Shown: piece after piece, positions 62,678 to 64,000 of the stretch
Position numbering within the stretch: the stretch's first letter is position 1
How the letters are laid out: each line of letters begins with the position of its first letter
Origin: Paraspadella gotoi
Lineage: Eukaryota > Animalia > Chaetognatha
Direction: 5' to 3'
Length of the DNA stretch: 64,000 bases
Assembly (NCBI GenBank): GCA_051294375.1
Contig: CM119266.1
Span: 13,877,614-13,941,613, forward strand
The notes under the pieces: model-generated
The model's input: the letters and a program-made list of their open reading frames with translations, nothing else
The model's database searches: none
What the model was told of the DNA's origin: nothing
Made by a program: the position numbers and the translations under genes

Positions 62678-63235
62678 GTCTCTCTCTCTCTCTCTCTCTC
62701 TTCATCGGGCCGCGTTTACGTATCTGTGACACAAACGCGGTGTTTCGATATGTTCGTCCGACGTGCAATAAACTTGTTCTTCCGACGCGGTTTTTTTCCG
62801 CCTACTCTCCGATGAGAGAAAAATCTCAATTCCCCGGTATACGATACCTCAGGCCTATTAGAAAAAAAAAAGAAGAGAAATATGTAGAGAGAGAAGTGTA
62901 TGAGGAAAAGGGAAAGAAAGAGCAGAAAGGGAAAACAAAAAAACAAAGGTAAACAAGTTGAAACATTGTTGAGCTGACAAAACAACAAAAGCGTTATTTT
63001 AATTATCCTTGTCATAACTAACGCCCCCCACCCACCAACCATTCGCTAAATTCGTCTTTTGCAACATTCTCAGCTTGTAACGATCTTCCTCGTTCCGACT
63101 CCAACAAAAAAAAAGCCAACTGGGCAACATTTATTGGATTATCGAGATATCGGATCTCTTTATCTTTCGCTCGCTGCACTAGGAACCGGGGCGACCGGAG
63201 CGAAACAGGCGCCTGGGCTAATGCCCCGACGAACC

Positions 63236-63266
<31 letters not shown>

Positions 63267-63299
63267 CCAGCCGCGCTCGTCTCTCGCTTTCCTCGCCCA

Positions 63300-63505
63300 C
63301 ACGCGTTAAAACCGGAAGTTAGCCTCGGTGCGCGAGAAACTCTGTAACTTTTTAGAATCGCCTGGATGATTTTCAAGTGATTAGTTAGTAATTAATAAAA
63401 TTATTTATGTACTTTAGATAAGTCAAGAACACGACAGCATCACCATTATGCCAGCTGCTCTCTCGAATTATGTCTGTCAGTTCCTCTTGGTTGTTTGTCT
63501 CTCAC

Positions 63506-63541
<36 letters not shown>

Positions 63542-63700
63542 TCCATCATGGTCGAGTGGGCGTTGCAAAGCATATTCGGCTCGACGCGCCGAATGACGCC
63601 AATAACCGGAACTTCCCGTTTTGGCTGGACGGTGACGTCACGGTCCCCGGACCCGCGACCGGACAAAAATAGACGCCCGGGAAAAGGTGAGAGAGAAGCT
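63300..63700 (+). promoter_or_regulatory. CpG-rich promoter or first-exon-like segment
   Basis: ETS-type CCGGAAGT at 63312, CRE palindrome TGACGTCA at 63633, ATG at 63548, and an AAG|GTGAGA donor-like site near 63687. Confidence 0.25.
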
Positions 63701-64000
63701 GGGCGTCTGGCGGTGGCGGCGGAGTCTGCGGCGGGCGGCGGCGGGATGGCCGCTACTGGGACGGGTGAACGAATCCGTGGATAAAATTAGAGTTTCTTGA
63801 GCTACTATGGTCGAGACAGAGTGGCAAAAGGAGGAAGGCAGGGAGGAAGCGGAGGTCGATGAAGGGGAGAAAAGCAATTAGCGATATTTTCGTCGCGCAA
63901 TTTCAAATTCCGGGCGAAAATATCTGAGTTTTTGTCGATGGAGATTTGAGAGGGTGAATGACCGAGAGGAGGCCGAAGAGCTGGGAGGAGGCTGAGGAGG

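Overview
Eukaryotic (most likely invertebrate metazoan) draft-scaffold window: AT-rich, very dense in (AG/CT)n and other microsatellites, with GT-AG introns, 16 N-gaps and indel-riddled long-read-quality segments. No prokaryotic operon, rRNA, tRNA or CRISPR array is supported, and most ORFs in the supplied track are microsatellite artefacts. Much of the window is redundant. 2133-7545 is an inverted copy of 7775-12856 plus 15030-15220, and 13141-15020 is a third copy. Further noisy fold-back or direct copies surround the 25-N gaps near 30.4, 38.3 and 48.5 kb, which points to gap-filling or haplotype artefacts. Biological content I can support: (1) a large multi-exon plus-strand gene (about 16.9-25.1 kb, possibly to 34.5 kb or beyond) encoding a roughly 2,000-aa Q/P/S/A-rich protein with a QHPG-repeat block, not identifiable by eye; (2) a 5'-truncated Penelope-like retroelement (RT C-terminus plus GIY-YIG) bracketed by ~520-bp inverted pseudo-LTRs, each with a type I hammerhead ribozyme motif; (3) a ~1.74-kb TIR-bounded element with no visible transposase, carrying an orphan helical ORF, a nested MITE and a copy of a dispersed ~150-bp repeat, with an apparent empty-site copy of the locus at ~56 kb; (4) several isolated candidate exons and a CCAAT/E2F-rich promoter-like segment. 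All alignments were made by eye and coordinates in noisy regions are approximate.
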